Assembly: GCA_963803805.1 (NCBI GenBank)
Contig: CAWDOD010000003.1
Coordinates: forward strand, 320,001-384,000
Reading direction: 5' to 3'
Source of the DNA: an uncultured cyanobacterium
Lineage (GTDB): Bacteria; Cyanobacteriota; Cyanobacteriia; Cyanobacteriales; CAWCAG01
DNA: 64,000 nt
The notes under the pieces are model-generated. The model worked only from the letters and a program-made list of their open reading frames with translations, had not been told where the DNA came from and did no database searches. The position numbers and the translations under genes are program-made. Below are positions 60,502 through 64,000 of this stretch, piece by piece (position 1 is the stretch's first letter; each line of letters starts with the position of its first letter).

Positions 60502-61359
60502 ATGACTTTATCGAAACGAATTCAACAATTTTATGATGCCTCTAGTGGAGTTTGGGAACAGACTTGGGGCGAACATATGCACCATGGCTATTATGGTAGG
60601 GCTGGTAATTACAAAATTGAACGGCGGCAAGCACAGATTAATTTAATTGAAGAACTTTTGTTTTGGGCTGGGGTATCTGAGAAGAAACAATCACCTCAAA
60701 ATATTCTTGATGTTGGCTGCGGTATTGGAGGTAGTACCCTTTACTTAACAGATAAGTTTAATGCTACGGGGACAGGTATTACTTTGTCCCCTATTCAGGC
60801 ATCTAGGGCTAAAGAAAGAGCAATGAAAGCTGATTTACGTCATAAAGTTCAATTTATGGTTGCAGATGCTCTTGATACCCCTTTTGCTGATAATTCCTTT
60901 GATTTAGTTTGGTCTTTAGAAAGTGGCGAACATATGCCCGATAAGGCTAAGTTTTTGCAAGAATGCTATCGAGTGTTGCAACCGGGAGGGACTTTTGTTA
61001 TGGCAACTTGGTGTCATCGCCCTACTAATTCTGTTGCAGGGGAGTTGACAGCAGCAGAAAGAAAACATTTAGAACAGATTTATCAAGTTTATTGTTTGCC
61101 CTACGTTATATCTTTACCAGAATACGAAGAACTTGCCCTTAGTTGCGGTTTCCAAAATCTACGTTCTGATGATTGGTCAACAGCCGTTGCTCCTTTTTGG
61201 GATGTGGTAATTGATTCTGCCCTAAATCCTCAAGCTATTACAGCACTTTTTCGCTCCGGTTGGCAAACGATTCAAGCAGCCCTTTCTTTAAATTTGATGA
61301 GTAGTGGTTACGAAAAAGGTTTAATTCGTTTTGGTTTGATTTGTGGGACTAAAGGCTAA
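60502..61359 (+). CDS. Gamma-tocopherol methyltransferase (VTE4-like)
   Basis: WGEHMHHGYY, LDVGCGIGGS, WSLESGEHMPDK and ATWCHR motifs; adjacent to hpt. Confidence 0.85.
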   Translation: MTLSKRIQQFYDASSGVWEQTWGEHMHHGYYGRAGNYKIERRQAQINLIEELLFWAGVSEKKQSPQNILDVGCGIGGSTLYLTDKFNATGTGITLSPIQASRAKERAMKADLRHKVQFMVADALDTPFADNSFDLVWSLESGEHMPDKAKFLQECYRVLQPGGTFVMATWCHRPTNSVAGELTAAERKHLEQIYQVYCLPYVISLPEYEELALSCGFQNLRSDDWSTAVAPFWDVVIDSALNPQAITALFRSGWQTIQAALSLNLMSSGYEKGLIRFGLICGTKG

Positions 61360-61479
61360 TGGCTAATTGCCTTAACTACCCTTGCCGTCCTACCCCCTAC
61401 CTCTAAACTTTCCTGACTTATCCCTGCTCCCTTTTCCCTGTTCCCACTAATAATCTGTGCAACTACACACTAATCTGGT

Positions 61480-62406
61480 ATGACTCAAGTTCTAGATTGA
61501 AAATTTCCTTGGCTTTATAGTCTTTGGAAATTCTCTCGTCCCCATACAATTATTGGTACAACTTTAAGTACTTTAGCACTCTATTTGATTGCTTTAGCTA
61601 GTTTTAATAGTAGCCCAGATGCAAACAACTTGCTACTACTATTAGTAACTTGGTTAGCTTGCATTTGCGGCAACATTTATATTGTTGGTTTAAATCAATT
61701 AGAAGACATTGCTATTGATGAAATTAATAAGCCCCACCTTCCTTTAGCCGCCGGGGAATTTTCTCTTTTTCAAGGAAGAATCATTGTTGCTACTACAGGA
61801 ATGTTAGCTTTACTCTTGGCTGGAGTTTCAGGATTTTGGTTATTTTTAACTGTGGCAGTTAGTTTAGCCATTGGAACAGCTTATTCTTTGCCTCCGGTTC
61901 GTTTGAAACGCTTTCCTTTCCTGGCTGCTTTATGTATCTTTACGGTGCGGGGAATGATTGTTAATTTGGGTTTATTTTTACATTTCAGCAGTAAGTTGAA
62001 TGGAGTGGAAGTACTAACTCCTGGTATCTGGGTTTTAACTCTATTTATTCTTATTTTTACTGTGGCCATCGCAATCTTTAAAGATGTGCCAGATATGGAG
62101 GGAGACAAACAATATAATATTAAAACCCTAACTTTATTAGTAGGTAAGAGAACTGTTTTTGATTTAGCTTGCGGAATTATTGTTTTTTGTTATTTAGCTA
62201 CAATTTTCTCTGGCTGGCTTTTATTACCAGAACTCAATCCTTGGTTAGTGAGTATTAGTCATTTAATTTTATTAAGTTTGTTGCGGTGGCGCTCTCAGAA
62301 AGTAGATTTAGAAAATAAAAGTGCGATCGCGCTTTTCTATCAATTTATTTGGAAACTATTTTTCTTAGAATACATTATCTTTCCCGCCCTGTATTTGATT
62401 AAATGA
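61480..62406 (+). pseudogene. hpt: Homogentisate phytyltransferase with an in-frame TGA at codon 7 (pseudogene, readthrough or sequencing error)
   Basis: MTQVLD*KFPWLYSLWKFSRPHTIIGT...; NQLEDIAIDEINKP, KDVPDMEGD and FYQFIWKLF motifs are intact. Confidence 0.75.
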
Positions 62407-63275
62407 AGGTAAAATCCTCTCACCTTAATCTTTTAAGTTACAAAACTCAAGCTACTGACACCACTATTGAAGCGGAGTTAGTGCAGTTTGAGTTGTGGCG
62501 TAGAATGAAAACGGAGCAGAAATATAAATGTTTTAAAAGGTTGTTAAGGAAAGGAACTCAGTTAATTATAATGAGCCTACAACAGCAGTTTCCTGAAATT
62601 TCTCCTCACCAGTTAAGAAAGTATTATCTGAAAAAACGCTGGGGAACTTCTGATTTTGCCAATTCACTTGCTTACTATCAAGGGGGAAAAGATTTAGTTA
62701 TGGAAGATGCCCTTTGGTTAGCTGAACAAATTACTGGTATTTTGGAAAGGTTAGGTATTACCTATTATATTGGTGGTTTTGTTGCTAGTTCTTTACAAGG
62801 GGAGATGAGATATACAGAAGATTTGGATTTAGTGATAGATATACAACCTCAACAGAAACAAGCTTTAATTACAGCAATGGCAGGAGATTATTACATTAGC
62901 GATGTAGCAGTAGAAGAAGCTATAGAAGGAAAGATTTCTTCTTTTAATGTTATTCATTTAGAAACTACAGAAAAAGCTGATATTTTTGTCATGCGGGAAG
63001 ATAGCTTTTCTCAAAAACAAATGTCTAGCCGACAGTTATATGAAACTGGAAATAATACTTTTTCTTTATACATTTGTACTCCAGAAGATAGCATCTTACA
63101 AAGATTGCTTTGGTATAGAATAACTGCTGGGGAATCTCAGAAACAGTGGCGAGATATTTTAGGAGTTTTGAAGTTACAAGGAGAGAAGTTGGATTTTAGC
63201 GATCTTTGGCATTGGGGAGAAAATTTAGGAGTTTTAGCAGATTTAGATCAAGCTTTCATTGAGGCAGGGCTTTAG
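62403..63275 (+). CDS. Fused helical module + nucleotidyltransferase (MenA/MenT-like)
   Basis: N-terminal DTTIEAE..Q..LWR...QQFP module; C-terminal YYIGG.VAS..GE.RYTEDLD, PEDSIL and KQWRD motifs. Confidence 0.7.
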   Translation: MKVKSSHLNLLSYKTQATDTTIEAELVQFELWRRMKTEQKYKCFKRLLRKGTQLIIMSLQQQFPEISPHQLRKYYLKKRWGTSDFANSLAYYQGGKDLVMEDALWLAEQITGILERLGITYYIGGFVASSLQGEMRYTEDLDLVIDIQPQQKQALITAMAGDYYISDVAVEEAIEGKISSFNVIHLETTEKADIFVMREDSFSQKQMSSRQLYETGNNTFSLYICTPEDSILQRLLWYRITAGESQKQWRDILGVLKLQGEKLDFSDLWHWGENLGVLADLDQAFIEAGL

Positions 63276-63453
63276 CATAAACTGATTGTCTTGGGAGTTT
63301 TGCTAGTTTTACCAGGATTGACCGGATAAAACTAGCCACTAGCTATCAGCAACTAGCAAAGGAACGTGCCATGCGGGGTGGCATCTGAACTAGCAATTAA
63401 CTCTCAATTCTTGGTAGGATTGATGATAATTTGTAATCTTAGTAACATAAATT

Positions 63454-63861
63454 ATGCGTCTAAAACCTTTTTTATCTCGTTTAATGGCTCTGCTTCTCGT
63501 GGTTACTATGGGCTTGATGGGCTGCTCTAGTAACAGTATGACAGGGCTAACAGGAAACTACGGTCAAGATACTCAAACTTTACTTAGTAGTGTTAACACA
63601 AATATTGAGTTACCAGATAATGCCCCTGAACGTATAGAATCTGTTAATCAATTACGGGAACAAATCAACGATTATACTTCTCGCTATCGCAGGGATAGTA
63701 AAGTCGCTGGTTTGCGCTCTTTTACGACTATGCAAACAGCCTTAAATTCTTTGGCAGGCTATTATAGCGCTTATTCTAGCCGTCCTTTATCAGCGAAACT
63801 AAAAAAACGCTTGAAGCAAGAGTTTAAGCAAGTAGAAATTGCTCTGAAGCGGGGAAGGTAA
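63454..63861 (+). CDS. psb27: Photosystem II lipoprotein Psb27
   Basis: Lipobox LMGC; LTGNY, INDYTSRYRR and SFTTMQTALNSLAGYY motifs. Confidence 0.96.
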   Translation: MRLKPFLSRLMALLLVVTMGLMGCSSNSMTGLTGNYGQDTQTLLSSVNTNIELPDNAPERIESVNQLREQINDYTSRYRRDSKVAGLRSFTTMQTALNSLAGYYSAYSSRPLSAKLKKRLKQEFKQVEIALKRGR

Positions 63862-64000
63862 TCAAAATTTAATTGTCATTGTGGCACTAATTTGCCCAGT
63901 TAGGGTTTGAGAAATCAGGCCCAATTTTTTTATTTACATTAGCCTAAATGTTTAACAGCAACACGACAGGAATTGTGTTAGCTATTTTCACTCAGTGTCC

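Noticed and set aside
61498-61500. TGA in hpt as selenocysteine or a sign of an alternative genetic code
   Set aside because: It is not at a catalytic Cys position, I saw no SECIS-like hairpin, and many genes in the window use TGA as a normal stop.

Overview
64 kb of cyanobacterial chromosome (petB/petD, ctpA, ycf3, psaX, apcF, psb27, NtcA-box glnA, frequent HIP1 GCGATCGC octamers, heptameric STRR tracts). Most of it is housekeeping: translation (rpsB-tsf, gatC, rbgA), purine and amino-acid metabolism (purB, purL-purF, glyA, glnA, a DAHP synthase) and tocopherol genes. It also holds signalling and accessory genes: a BLUF-adenylyl cyclase, two Ser/Thr kinases, a NACHT-pentapeptide protein, a divergent CHAT protease / NB-ARC-TPR pair, a TrcR-HNH locus and a MenAT-like nucleotidyltransferase. 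The most striking signals are ribosome-sensing RNA elements. (1) Two tandem 18-codon Phe/Tyr/Trp-rich leader peptides, each with its own terminator/antiterminator, lie upstream of a DAHP synthase that lacks an allosteric domain. (2) A small basic KGKGG-motif ORF contains an intrinsic terminator before its stop codon, the ArfA/BrfA ribosome-rescue architecture. (3) A leader-ORF attenuator sits in front of the TrcR-linked HNH nuclease operon. In-frame stops interrupt tsf and hpt. Several MITE/REP elements are present. I saw no rRNA, tRNA, CRISPR array or intact transposase. All homology calls are from motif recognition and memory, not database searches.
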